64,000 nucleotides of DNA from Cyanophyceae cyanobacterium (GTDB lineage Bacteria; Cyanobacteriota; Cyanobacteriia; Cyanobacteriales; Laspinemataceae). The stretch covers positions 160,001-224,000 of the forward strand of contig JBBQFN010000002.1 in the NCBI GenBank assembly GCA_038321985.1, given 5' to 3'. A model generated the notes under the pieces. The model ran no database searches, had not been told where the DNA came from, and worked only from the letters and a program-made list of their open reading frames with translations. Shown in pieces: positions 42,301-53,462 of the stretch. Within the stretch, counting starts at the first letter, position 1. Each line of letters begins with the position of its first letter. A program made the translations under genes and the position numbers.

Positions 42301-44568
42301 TAAGTTGGCGATTTTCATCCCGATCGCCGCCCCCTCGAAGGTGGTACGGAAGCGATTTTCACTCTCGCGCAGGGCTTCTTCTGCTTGCTTGCGTTCGGTG
42401 ATATCCCGGCAGGTATAAAGCAGGGTTCCCCCTTCAATCTCTAAGGGTTTGACGCTGACGAGTAAGGTCCGATGGTTGCCATTTTTATCGACGATGGTCC
42501 GTTCGAGGTTGTGGATTTCTCCGAGGCTAGCCAGTTCTGAACCCTCAAATACGTCATTTCCCAGGAGGTGGCTGATGTAACCCCACTGTTGCGCTTCTTC
42601 TACGGAATAGTCACAAATAAAGCGGACTGCGGGACTGATATAGGTCAGGGCTCCGGTACTGTCAGTGATGAAGACGGCTTCGGAGATATTGCTTAGGGTA
42701 ATGCGGTGGAGTTCTTCGCTAGCTCGTAATGCGGCTTCCATCCGCTTGCGATTGCTCAAATCCCGGGCGACGGTGAGCAGGTTTACGACGCCGTTTTTTT
42801 CACCGATTGGGGTGGCGGCTAGCTCCACTGGCACGACTGTACCATCCATGCGCACAAAGAGTTGTTCCATAAAGGGAACGGCTTGCTTTTCGGTTAAAAG
42901 CTGGTGAATTCGCTCCTGAACCATCAACCGTCTGGTTGGATGGACAAAATTCATGATGGGTAAACCCACTAAAGCTTCAGGGTTAGGAGCGCCTAGGAGT
43001 TTTGCTCCGGCTGTGTTGATAAAGTCTATTTTTCCGCCACTGTGGACGAGAATGGCTTCCGGGGAAAGTTCGACTAACCGACGGTAACGCTCCTCGCTTT
43101 TAGCCAGGGCGGTTTCCACTCTTTGACGTTCTGCGCGATCGCGCAAGGCGACGATGCCGTAGGCGAGGTCATTTGCCAGTTCTTCCAGGAGTTCAACTTC
43201 GGGAATATCAAAAGCATTGACTATTCCTGAATAAATCCGGAGGCAACCGAAGGTTTTGTCTTTACCAATCAGAGGGAGGGCAATGGTTGAGTGCAACCCT
43301 TGTTTTAGGGCAGATTCTCGCCACAGAGCAAAACTGGGGTCCGTGTCAATGTTTTGGATTAAGCAGCATTTGCTAGTCCGAATGCAGGTCCCGGTCATTC
43401 CCCCAAATTCTTGGTTTTGCTTCCAGGAAGTCTGGATCTCTTTTAAATAATCTGTGGCCTCTCCAGCCCAGGCAGCAGGTTCTAGGAGTCGGGTTTCCCC
43501 GGACTGGGGCAATTCTTCGGTTTCAGACAAGGCTACCCAGGCTAATCGGTAACCGCCTGTTTCAACGATGATTCGGCAGATGGCATGGAGGAGTTCGGAT
43601 TCGTCCTGTGCTCGAACCATGACTTGATTACATTCCCAGATGGTAGTCAAGGCGCGATTGAGGGAGCACAGTTCCATTTCTACGGCTTTGCGATTGCTCA
43701 AATCATGAGCGATCATGGAAAATCCCACTACTTCTCCCTGGCTGTCTTGCAATGCGGATAGGGTGGTGTTGGTCCAAAACCGCTGACCATTCTGGGTAGT
43801 GCGCCAGCCTTCATCTTCACATTGTCCCGCAGTGGCAACCAGTTGCAGTTCCTGTTCGGGTTTGCCGCTGGCAATATCTTCATCAGGATAAAAACGGGAA
43901 AAATGCTCGCCGATAATCTCGGTGGCAGAATAACCCAGCAGTCTCTGTGCGCCTCGATTCCAACTGGCAATTCGTCCGGCTGAATCGAGCAGAAAAATCG
44001 CATAGTCCCGAATTTCTTCAACAAAGGCACGGAAGAGGCGATCGTTTTGTTGCAGGTGTTGTTCGAGTTGTTCTAGCTGAGGACTACTAGACAGAACTGA
44101 TGGGGTGGTCTTTTCTAGGTTGGGGTCCTGAACTGGGGTAGACTGGGGGTAACGAAGCAGGACTCGGGCGTTTAATAGCTTTTCGACTCGAAATAATAAT
44201 TCGTCAGCCTTGATGGGAGTGGCGATCGCATCGTCGTAATTCCAAAGGATTTTGTCGAAGGTTGAACTTTCTCCCCTATCCAGGCGGGGTTGCACCCGAT
44301 CCCACTCTCCCGGGTGAATCACCAGCAACCGAGGAATATCAAGAGTTTGGCAAGAGTTTCTGAATTCCCGGGACAGGGGGTGAAGCTCCAACCCCAGGCG
44401 ATCGGCAATGCACAAGTTTATGTCATTCAACGGTAAAACATCTGCGTCACTCAGAAGGCAGTCAAATTCACTCGCCACCGTGGTTATGAGTTCATAGTGT
44501 TTGCCTAACTGCTGTAGCAGTAGGTGACGAGTTGATTGTTCCTCGATTAGGAGCAAAATGCGGTTCAT
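39382..44568 (-). CDS. Multi-sensor histidine kinase (degenerate receiver-like N-terminus, GAF, ~8 PAS, HisKA-HATPase)
   Basis: Repeated PAS/PAC units ending DIT[ED]RK; GAF ICRIIVETGGYRLAWV; SHELRTPL; GGTGLGL. Confidence 0.94.
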   Translation of the reverse strand: MNRILLLIEEQSTRHLLLQQLGKHYELITTVASEFDCLLSDADVLPLNDINLCIADRLGLELHPLSREFRNSCQTLDIPRLLVIHPGEWDRVQPRLDRGESSTFDKILWNYDDAIATPIKADELLFRVEKLLNARVLLRYPQSTPVQDPNLEKTTPSVLSSSPQLEQLEQHLQQNDRLFRAFVEEIRDYAIFLLDSAGRIASWNRGAQRLLGYSATEIIGEHFSRFYPDEDIASGKPEQELQLVATAGQCEDEGWRTTQNGQRFWTNTTLSALQDSQGEVVGFSMIAHDLSNRKAVEMELCSLNRALTTIWECNQVMVRAQDESELLHAICRIIVETGGYRLAWVALSETEELPQSGETRLLEPAAWAGEATDYLKEIQTSWKQNQEFGGMTGTCIRTSKCCLIQNIDTDPSFALWRESALKQGLHSTIALPLIGKDKTFGCLRIYSGIVNAFDIPEVELLEELANDLAYGIVALRDRAERQRVETALAKSEERYRRLVELSPEAILVHSGGKIDFINTAGAKLLGAPNPEALVGLPIMNFVHPTRRLMVQERIHQLLTEKQAVPFMEQLFVRMDGTVVPVELAATPIGEKNGVVNLLTVARDLSNRKRMEAALRASEELHRITLSNISEAVFITDSTGALTYISPAVRFICDYSVEEAQQWGYISHLLGNDVFEGSELASLGEIHNLERTIVDKNGNHRTLLVSVKPLEIEGGTLLYTCRDITERKQAEEALRESENRFRTTFEGAAIGMKIANLEGRFLKTNPALQAMLGYSDAQLRDFTFEGITHPQDRPITRQLFQELLAGQLDRYQLEKRYIHARGNWVWVRLSVSSIRDTQGSLQFAIGLVEDITERKLAEEELRLYRNHLEELVAERTAELQRTNERLRTEISRREQAQEALIRVTQAVESTSDAVLTIDITGQAIYHNRAFLDLFECTIEELNQAGGLPSLFADSSFGEEVFNLIRQGNSWSSEVLMHGRTPRCFVSPLGLEFNSPVNTISIWLRADAVTDENNKRVGSICVLTDITDRKQAEAALRESEEQLRTLINAMPDAICFKDGRGAWLEANQAMLKVFDLEGVDYLGKKDSEIGESVPFYREAFVQCEQTDEEAWQYGILSHQEEVIPRSDGRELILDTLKVPLFHGDGSRKGLVVIGRDVTERKQVEEERLRLASIVESSDDAIIGKTLEGTILSWNTGAQRIYGYTPEEVKERSISILVLPDRQESELRLLEGIRQGASIDHYETVHLKKDGSPIYVSLTISPIKDAAGRITGVSTIARDVTDLKRVEDSLERLRHQNELILNSAGEGICGMDCGGNTTFVNPAATKMLGYSMGELLGAPLRMILGPSFVTPQGGDPNDGGAGGVDNGCAPLYAAIADGSVHHGTGVFWRHDGSSFPVEYISTPIQEQNEIKGAVLTFKDITERQGVERMKDEFISVVSHELRTPLTSIRGSLSLLANGLLESHPEKAGRMLQIAVSNTDRLVRLINDILDLERIQSGKVTMSAQFCNAADLTIQAADAMRTMADKAGVTITVNPTPVQLWADPDRIFQVLTNLLSNAMKFSPEGGTVWLSASLTSGGSEGFPNSAHPEVLFHIKDQGRGIPLDKLESIFERFQQVDASDSRKKGGTGLGLAICRSIVEHHGGQIWVESVVGEGSSFYFTLPVETHSPDPWDRNTDSTESGNLEEAEGKEAGDRLGEPLTPEHPGPAQKGPSSNPAIASPIVEAIAPFQRRS

Positions 44569-45131
44569 AATTTACCCTAGTGGTGGCGGCTCCGTTGATC
44601 CGAATTGTTCGTCCCTCCCTCTAGGGGAGTCTTGGGCATTCTAGGGTCGGTGGCCTCCCATCGCGTCCTGATCTGCCCGCCGATAGAAAATTTTTCACCC
44701 CTGAAGCCGGTACAATTTGTTCGGTTCTGTTCCCGTGCCAGATTTGTCCGGTTTTGACCCTGGGGCGATCGCGCGTTTGCTGTCGTTGGGTTTGGGTTGA
44801 ACCCCTAATTTCTGGTTGTCTACTCTTTCTACTTTAATAGATACCGTTGTAGCGGGATACACATCTTAAAATTCCACACTCTGGGTTCGTTGCCCTCCGG
44901 TGTTGTTTTAGGCGGGCGTACTCTGGGAAGTGAAGGTTTGAGACTGGAGAAATGGCTGAGGAAAATTTTTTACAATTTTTAATCTTTTTAGAGTAAATTC
45001 CCCCCAGTACCTTGTCAAGTCAGTTTTCGCGAAAAGGCGATCGCCCCTGACTCATTCTAGAAGCGACTGCCCTGCCCTAAAAGCGGGCTCAACACTCCTT
45101 AAAATTGCCATCAGTTTTCTAAATTAGGAGG

Positions 45132-45245
45132 ATAATTTTTCTGGGCGGGGGAGCGTCTGACTCCCGATGCGTAAGCAATAAGGAAGCTCAATCAGGGGAA
45201 TAATTTTCTAAGGGGGGGAAGCATCTGGCTCCCGATGGGTAAGCA
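45132..45245. repeat. Two imperfect ~46-bp direct repeats (period 68 bp)
   Basis: ataatttt..ggggg(g/a)agc.tctg.ctcccgatg.gtaagca at 45132 and 45200. Confidence 0.65.
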
Positions 45246-45449
45246 GTTCTAAGGAGTAGGGATCAAGAAACTCCGACTTTTTTCTAGGGTCTATCTAATT
45301 TAGAGGGGCAGCGGTCCTCTGGGGGTTATTTATTGTTAATTTTTATGAAAATATCTTGAGTTTTTTTCTTTCTAATTTCCCCCTTTGGGGGGTTGCTCCC
45401 CTGCACCTATGACAGGGGGCAACTTTTGGAGAATAAAATACCTAGGAAA

Positions 45450-47063
45450 TTAGCAGCGTTTTAATTGGATCAATAACAACACAATTTCATCGATCGCCGT
45501 TCTTAACATCTCGGAGGATTGGTCCGATTGATTGACAAGGATGCTAAACAACAGCGTATTATACTCAGCATTGGGAACATAGCCCGATAAAGTAGATACC
45601 CCAGTTAAAGTGCCGGTTTTGGCCCGGACAGTTTGGGCGGCAGGAGTATTCCGAAATCGGGTTCGTAATGTGCCACTGACCCCCGCTAACGGTAAAGCCT
45701 CCCGGTAAATATCAAAATAGGGGGAAACTGCCATCCCTCGAAGGGTTTGGACGAGGGCTTCAGGACTAATTAGGTTCTGGCGAGAGAGTCCGGAAGCATC
45801 CACTAAGTCGTAACTGGTCGGATCGACGCCCAATTCAGTTAAGGCGGCTTTCAGCACTTGTAAACCGGCCTCTACGGTCTCTTCAGGCAGGGGACTGTTA
45901 CCTTTACCTTGGGGATTAGCACCGAGCGATCGCAATAACACTTCTGTATAAAGATTATTACTTTTTTGTAGCACTTCCACCGCGAGTTCAGACAGGGGGG
46001 GTGAGACGATCGCCGCTAATTCTCGCTGATTCGGTGTATCTCGAAATTGGTCACTCACAATCTCCCGTCCTGTGGTAATTCCCACGGCGTTTAACGCTTG
46101 ACGGAAATACCCCAAAAAGTTCTGCGCCGGTTCTACTACGGCGATCGAGACCTCTTCCGGGTCGGAACCCACGCGCAACTGACCCGCAACTCGCACAAGG
46201 GGTCGCGACAACTCTCTGCCGACGTTCAAAAATTCCCCGGTATCCGTGGCAACTGTAGTGGATCGATTATCAATTTCCCACCGAGTTTGTTCTGTAGGAT
46301 TGGCCCAAGTGACTTGCAGGGGTTGGCCTACGGCTTGGGGAGTCAAGGTGAAATCAATGCTATTTTGGTTGAAAATCAGGCTGTTTACAGGTGCGCCATA
46401 GCCCGCCTGAACATCTTCCCATTCCCAGTTGGGATGGACGGGAGAACCGGCAAAATAACTATCCTCACCAATGAGTTCGCCAATTTGCCGGATGCCTTGT
46501 TGCTGAAGTTGTTGGGCGATCGCCTCTAACTGAATTTTCCCAATCGTCGGGTCTCCCCGTCCCACAATCCGGATGGATTCGATCCGTTCTCCTGTGGGAT
46601 TAGGACCGTACACAGAGGTGCGAATCCGAAACTCGGGGCCGAGATGATGTAAGGCAGCAGCACTTGTGAGCAATTTTGCATTAGAGGCGGGAACAAAAAA
46701 ACGCTCAGAATCGCGACTGTAAAGCGTGCGATCGCTTCCCTCCTCCAACGTTTCAACCAGTATTCCCCACCGTGTTCGCCGAAATTGAGGCCGGTTGAGA
46801 ATCCCGGCGATCGCGGGTTCTAACTGGGATTGGCAAATACGCGGGGGTGGAGTGGGTTCCGTTTGCGCCCTCACTTTGGACGGTAAACCCGCCAATATCA
46901 GCGTGAACAACAGTACCTTGAACACCGACGATTGACGCGCCGTTGAAGTGACTTTCTGGCTGGGTACAGCGGGATGCTTCCCTTTTGGGATAAAACTGGC
47001 TCTTCGGGGATTGCCTATCGATTTCAGGGGTACACAGAGGCGATCGAGGGTAAATCTAAACAT
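45450..47063 (-). CDS. dacB: D-Ala-D-Ala carboxypeptidase/endopeptidase (PBP4, peptidase S13)
   Basis: PASNAK (SxxK), SNN (SxN), DASGLSR, KTG; true start probably downstream of the listed one. Confidence 0.93.
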   Translation of the reverse strand: MFRFTLDRLCVPLKSIGNPRRASFIPKGKHPAVPSQKVTSTARQSSVFKVLLFTLILAGLPSKVRAQTEPTPPPRICQSQLEPAIAGILNRPQFRRTRWGILVETLEEGSDRTLYSRDSERFFVPASNAKLLTSAAALHHLGPEFRIRTSVYGPNPTGERIESIRIVGRGDPTIGKIQLEAIAQQLQQQGIRQIGELIGEDSYFAGSPVHPNWEWEDVQAGYGAPVNSLIFNQNSIDFTLTPQAVGQPLQVTWANPTEQTRWEIDNRSTTVATDTGEFLNVGRELSRPLVRVAGQLRVGSDPEEVSIAVVEPAQNFLGYFRQALNAVGITTGREIVSDQFRDTPNQRELAAIVSPPLSELAVEVLQKSNNLYTEVLLRSLGANPQGKGNSPLPEETVEAGLQVLKAALTELGVDPTSYDLVDASGLSRQNLISPEALVQTLRGMAVSPYFDIYREALPLAGVSGTLRTRFRNTPAAQTVRAKTGTLTGVSTLSGYVPNAEYNTLLFSILVNQSDQSSEMLRTAIDEIVLLLIQLKRC

Positions 47064-47312
47064 AAGCGGAAACGAGGGTCAGAATAAACAACTGTGAGCA
47101 ACCGGCAAAGCGCTTACTCAAAGGAAAAAATGGCTATTCCCTTGACTGCAAACGCGGGGGTATTCACCCGGTTTAAATGATAATCCGGGAGACCCACCCA
47201 AAAAGCAACTATCGGGTTTAATCCTAGCTTTTCCGTATCCCACCCAGACTGGGCTTTATTATTGTCGGCAATCCTGTCCCATTGAGCAAGTAACCGTTAG
47301 CGTAAGTTTAAA

Positions 47313-47494
47313 CCGAACCCGGTGGACTCTCCGAGCTTGTAGAGATACCGTCTTTCTAATATTTACAGTCGTTTCTTTCTCTGTTCGTCATCCCAACTTC
47401 ACCGGTGACCCCGAACCGGGATGGTGTAAAGAGACTTCAAGGGTTATCTTTACAGGTGCGGTAATTGACACTCGATCCATGCACAAAACCGAAC
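47313..47494. promoter_or_regulatory. Cluster of GTNCGG (K-box/Rre1-like) motifs upstream of hspA
   Basis: ccgaac (GTTCGG on minus) at 47313, 47411 and 47489; gtgcgg at 47456. Confidence 0.45.
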
Positions 47495-47589
47495 TTAACT
47501 CTCCCTTCAAGTTAGATATATTAAATTTCAGAAAGAGGTAAGCGATTCCCAGCTCAACCTAACATCAATTCTTGAAGAGGTAATTCATT

Positions 47590-48030
47590 ATGGCACTCAT
47601 TCGTTACTCACCCTTTCGGGAAGTTGACACGTTACAACGAGAAATGAACCGATTATTTGACACCCTTTCTTCATCCCCTGAAACTGAAAATGGAGGACTG
47701 ACTTTTGTTCCTCCTGCGGAACTGTCAGAAACCAGGGAGGCGATTCTGTTAAAATTAGAAATTCCCGGTATGGAAACCGAAAATCTAGACGTCCAAGTGA
47801 CAGCAGAATCGGTGGCAATTAGTGGGGAACGCCAATCCCAAACTCGCACGGAACAACAAGGCATGACGCGCAGTGAATTTCGTTACGGCCAATTCCGCCG
47901 GGTCATTCCCCTCCCTGCACGAGTGAACAATACTCAGGTACAAGCGGAATACAAAAATGGCATTCTCCAACTCACTCTGCCAAAAGCGGAAGAAGAGAAA
48001 AACAAGGTCGTTAAAGTTAACATTGGCTAG
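47590..48030 (+). CDS. hspA: Small heat shock protein (Hsp20)
   Basis: MALIRYSPFRE..LQREMNRLFD, SEFRYG.F.R.IPLP, AEYKNGIL.LTLPK. Confidence 0.93.
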   Translation: MALIRYSPFREVDTLQREMNRLFDTLSSSPETENGGLTFVPPAELSETREAILLKLEIPGMETENLDVQVTAESVAISGERQSQTRTEQQGMTRSEFRYGQFRRVIPLPARVNNTQVQAEYKNGILQLTLPKAEEEKNKVVKVNIG

Positions 48031-48348
48031 AATCCGACGAGGTGCATGACCCTCACCCAGGGGGTACAGCAGTATCCCCGGGGTCAACCCTTGGGTATTC
48101 AGTTTAGAAGTAGATGAAACCTTAGTTTGAAGGGAAGATTTTAGGACAAAAACCCCAATTTGCTGACAAGCCCGGAGAGGATTTGGGTAAACCCCGAGAC
48201 TTTCCAGGATTAATTGATCTATCTTCAGAGGATTGTGAGTTCTGCCGAGTTCGATTACTGTGGAATCAGGGGGAGTGCGATCGGTAACCGAGTCACCTTC
48301 GCCTCCTCGATTTTTGCAAAACTCTACGGATGGATATAAATAATAACG

Positions 48349-49563
48349 ATGTCTTTTTCTAAATTTTGTGCGAAGTGGCGAACACTTATCACTTATCTAT
48401 TAACCGGGGTTTGGGGTGCGATCGCCTGGTTCAACCCCCTCGGGTCTTTATCCGCTACGGCAACCCCTCTGTCTCCCTTTGATTCCCGGGCCGCCAACCC
48501 AGTAACGGTGGCGCTACAACCCAAGCAAAACCAGGCAATTGGAGGCAACTTTGTCAACGCAGCGGTTGACCTGGTGGGACCCTCGGTGGTCCGCCTGAAT
48601 ACAGAACGCACGATCGCCCGTCGGGATGATCCCTTTTTTAACGATTCGTTGTTCCGAGAGTTTTTCGGGCCGGATGTGCCGGTCCCCCAGCAAGAAGAAC
48701 TATTACGGGGTCAGGGTTCGGGTTTCATTATCGACGGTGGTGGTTTGATTTTAACCAATGCTCATGTAGTCAGTGATGCCGATCGCGTCACAGTGACCCT
48801 GAAAGATGGTCGCACATTCGAGGGTCAAGTGCGCGGTACCGATGCAGTTACAGATTTAGCAGTGGTCAAGATTGATGATCCTGGGGAACAATTACCCGTA
48901 GCACCCCTGGGGGATTCCTCACAAGTGCGAGTAGGGGATTGGGCGATCGCCGTTGGGAATCCGTTCGGGTTAGATAATACGGTCACATTAGGGATTATTA
49001 GCACTTTAGAGAGGTCCTCGTCCCAGGTTGGTATCCCAGATAAACGGGTAGATTTCTTACAAACCGATGCCGCTATCAATCCCGGCAACTCTGGGGGTCC
49101 GCTTTTGAACGATCGCGGGGAAGTCATCGGGATTAACACTGCCATTCGTCCCAATGCCAGAGGAATTGGATTTGCAATTCCCATCAACAAGGCGAAAGCG
49201 CTAACGGATATATTAGCCAGAGGTGAGACGGTTACTCATCCTTTTATCGGGATTCAGATGGTGACTTTGACTCCAGATCTAGCACGACAAAACAATCAAG
49301 ACCGAAACTCTAACTTAATTGTCCCCGAAATTAATGGAGTTTTAGTGATGCGGGTGGTGCAGAATTCCCCCGCAGAAGCGGCAAGGTTGCGCCTCGGCGA
49401 TGCGATCGTAGCAGTGGATGGAGTACCTATCACCAGTGCGGATCAATTGCAACGGATTGTGGAAAATAGCGGGGTTGATCGCGACCTTCGTCTCACCGTT
49501 CAACGGGGCCCACAAACCCTGGAATTGACCGTGCGAACTGCTCAATTGGGCAATACGCAATAA
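48349..49563 (+). CDS. HtrA/HhoA/HhoB (Deg) serine protease with PDZ domain
   Basis: GSGFII, TNAHVV, DLAV, QTDAAINPGNSGGPL; C-terminal PDZ. Confidence 0.95.
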   Translation: MSFSKFCAKWRTLITYLLTGVWGAIAWFNPLGSLSATATPLSPFDSRAANPVTVALQPKQNQAIGGNFVNAAVDLVGPSVVRLNTERTIARRDDPFFNDSLFREFFGPDVPVPQQEELLRGQGSGFIIDGGGLILTNAHVVSDADRVTVTLKDGRTFEGQVRGTDAVTDLAVVKIDDPGEQLPVAPLGDSSQVRVGDWAIAVGNPFGLDNTVTLGIISTLERSSSQVGIPDKRVDFLQTDAAINPGNSGGPLLNDRGEVIGINTAIRPNARGIGFAIPINKAKALTDILARGETVTHPFIGIQMVTLTPDLARQNNQDRNSNLIVPEINGVLVMRVVQNSPAEAARLRLGDAIVAVDGVPITSADQLQRIVENSGVDRDLRLTVQRGPQTLELTVRTAQLGNTQ

Positions 49564-50034
49564 GAATTCAGAGAATTTTGACGCCTTTTTTCTGAACAAA
49601 CTTGATTGCATCACTCTCAACGGTTCCCCTCTTTTGCAGAGGGGAACCCAGTTCCGGGGGCTTATGATAAAAAATCATCAGTGTTATCCCCGAATGAAAA
49701 TTATCCGGTTTAGCATATCAATTACTAAAATAAAAAGAGAGAAAGTTCTATAAAATTTTAATAGATTAACCCTGTAAATTTTTTAGAATTTTACTTTAAA
49801 AAATCTAATCTTTTTATTCTAAATATCAACTTAATTTTCTTTATTTTAAATAACTTACCCTGGCTCATTAAAATAGACGGATTGCAGAATTGTCTTAAAC
49901 CGATTCGCCTTTAATCCCGGGGATTGGAGACTTCGAGGAGGGGCCAGGGCTAGGAGACCCCAGGACCGGGTAAAAAATTTAGTTTACCATCGCGATCGCA
50001 TTATGAGATCCTAGAGAGAGTCAACAACGGTTAA

Positions 50035-51012
<978 letters not shown>

Positions 51013-51043
51013 GCAACGGGATCAGACAATCGCGGTTAATACT

Positions 51044-51078
51044 AAAATCTACGGGGGTTTTTACTTCCGTAGATTTTT
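51044..51078 (+). terminator. Probable por terminator
   Basis: aaaatctacgg..ccgtagatttt stem with T-tail. Confidence 0.65.
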
Positions 51079-51136
51079 ATCATTGATTGCCCTTCAAAGT
51101 TCACAGTTTGATATTATCCCTCGATAGGTCTGAAGT

Positions 51137-52639
51137 ATGTCAAAGTCGCTGAAGGCATCGACGGAAGGATTAGCGATCGCCGATCGCGCAAGGAAGCGTT
51201 TAGGTTGGACAAAAACCAGTACAGCACGGTGGTGGCAGGATGCTCATACGTCCCGCGCCACCCTACGTCGATTTTGGCAGGGCGATCGCATTCAACAGGA
51301 TATTTTTATCGCTATTTGTGCCGTAATTGGAATTAGTAATTGGCAGGCAGTCGCCGATAGGTCCGAACTCGATGCCAGTCCTATTTCTACTGAGTCCACT
51401 CCCCTTTTAGACTGGCAGGAAGCCCCGGATCTTAACGGCTTTTTTGGGCGCGATCGCGAGTTGGCCCAACTAGAACAATGGGTTCCTCAAGCTAAAATCA
51501 TTACCCTGACTGGAATCACTGGCATTGGCAAAACTTCTCTAGCTTTCGCCTTTGCCGATCGCATTCAATCTAATTTTGACTGTTTAATCTGGCGATCGCT
51601 TCACCATTCCCCCTCTTTACTTTCTCTGTTGGATAGTCTTTTGACTCCCCTAGATACTCGCAGTGCCGCTGATATTTCCCAAGGCACTGCCCAATTAATG
51701 CAGCACCTACAACACCGTCGCTGTCTCCTTATTTTAGATGGATTCGAGGCTGTATTGCACTCCCCAGATCTGGCCCCCGAATACAGTCATTTTATACAGA
51801 CATTAAGCCGCGATCGCCATCAAAGCTGCATTCTGATCACCAGTCGTGAACAACCCCAGCCAGTCGCCCTGGACGCAAAAACCGTGCGCGGTTTAACCCT
51901 CTGTGGATTGCAAAATGCTGCTGCTTTAGAGTTCCTAAAATCCCGAGGATTAAGTGGCAAAGAATTAGGACTTTCTGCCTTAATTCAACTGTATCGCGGT
52001 AACCCTTTCGCCCTGAAAATGGTTATTCCCTTTATTCAGTCGATCTTCGGGGGAAATGTCGCCGCTTTTCTGAATCAGAATACCCTCATCGTAGGCGATC
52101 GCTTACGAACTCTCTTGCAACAGCAGTTGGAACGCCTGTCTGATTTAGAGCGAGAGATTCTATATTGGTTAGCAATTTGGCAAGAACCTGTCTCATTTTG
52201 CCGCCTGCAAACCCATTTTCTGCTCTTAATCGATCCGGCTGCTTTATTAGAAGGAATTGCTAGTTTAGAGAGGCGATCGCTTTTAGAACCCTGGTTTGGG
52301 GAGGATTTATCTTCATTTACTTTGCAACCCCTGGTGATGAAAACAGTCCGGGATGAATTAGTCGAACGCGCCACGGCGGAAATAAAACGAGTGGTGCAAA
52401 GTCATGATATCCGGTATTTTAAGGTGTTGCGATCGCTGATGTTAGTGAGACCCGGAACTGATGATATTGCAGGCGATCGCATTATTAATCAACTCCGGGA
52501 GAATTTATGGCAAGTTTACGGTGGAACACTCCCCCAAATCTTGCAGAATATTCTCTCTTTGTTACAAGATAAATCCCCGTTGGCAGCCGGTTATATAGGC
52601 TGTAATCTGATCGCACTTTTGAACCCGCTAGATTTGTAA
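51137..52639 (+). CDS. HTH + NB-ARC (STAND NTPase) protein lacking C-terminal repeat sensor
   Basis: XRE-like HTH (TSRATLRRFW); FFGRDREL; Walker A GITGIGKT; Walker B LLILDGFE; ITSRE; GNPFAL; ends at GYIGCNLIALL. Confidence 0.88.
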   Translation: MSKSLKASTEGLAIADRARKRLGWTKTSTARWWQDAHTSRATLRRFWQGDRIQQDIFIAICAVIGISNWQAVADRSELDASPISTESTPLLDWQEAPDLNGFFGRDRELAQLEQWVPQAKIITLTGITGIGKTSLAFAFADRIQSNFDCLIWRSLHHSPSLLSLLDSLLTPLDTRSAADISQGTAQLMQHLQHRRCLLILDGFEAVLHSPDLAPEYSHFIQTLSRDRHQSCILITSREQPQPVALDAKTVRGLTLCGLQNAAALEFLKSRGLSGKELGLSALIQLYRGNPFALKMVIPFIQSIFGGNVAAFLNQNTLIVGDRLRTLLQQQLERLSDLEREILYWLAIWQEPVSFCRLQTHFLLLIDPAALLEGIASLERRSLLEPWFGEDLSSFTLQPLVMKTVRDELVERATAEIKRVVQSHDIRYFKVLRSLMLVRPGTDDIAGDRIINQLRENLWQVYGGTLPQILQNILSLLQDKSPLAAGYIGCNLIALLNPLDL

Positions 52640-53462
52640 AGGCGATCGCCTCGCCGTTTTTTTTCATCCAGACCCGGAACTGAACCGTACAAAGTTCTAG
52701 GTAAGTTCAATCTATTTTTGTTTGTGAGAAAAAATATTGTCTAGTTTACTTCCCGAAAATAGTAGATATTTCCCTCCCTAAACCGATAGCTCACAAGATA
52801 GCATTTATTCAGAAGATGCGCAGCGAATTAGGCTAAAAATTCTGTATCCCCCTAAAAGGAGAACTCTTCCTCTGGGTTTACGTCAGCAATAAAAAAATGG
52901 ATAATTTAGAGATGCCAGTATTTTTTACAGGGTCGGTTCCTTCTTTAAGCACTTGTCCCTTTCCAGTCTTGTTAAAGTTAGACACTTCCTTAATTCAATA
53001 GCAAGCAAATCAACTGGAAATAGTTCGAGGAACCCTAGAAAAATTGGCGATCGCATCAGGGATAGGAGTTGAGGGGTTTGACCCCTCACTCCGTTGCAAA
53101 AAATGTCATACTGTTACATGACTTACGCACCTCCACCCAAAACCGGGATTTCTGACCCTCATGGCGGGATGAAACCTTTTGAGTCAGAAAGAAACCCCTT
53201 TTGAGGCGTAAAAGTGTCACCAGACTAACGGAACCCAGTTTATAAACTTCTGGAAACAGTAACCGGAAATACAAAGGTTCCCTAAAATCCGGAATTTTTG
53301 CCCCCAAAATAGGGGAAGCAAAAAGACAGGCACGGTGGGGGGTAAAAAAACCTGGAAGTTGACATAACCCCTTGTTGAGAATCAACAATTGGAGTACGGC
53401 CAACCCGAGGGTTAAACCAAACAGAACTATCCTATGTTGACCGTTCGGGAACGATCGCTGCT

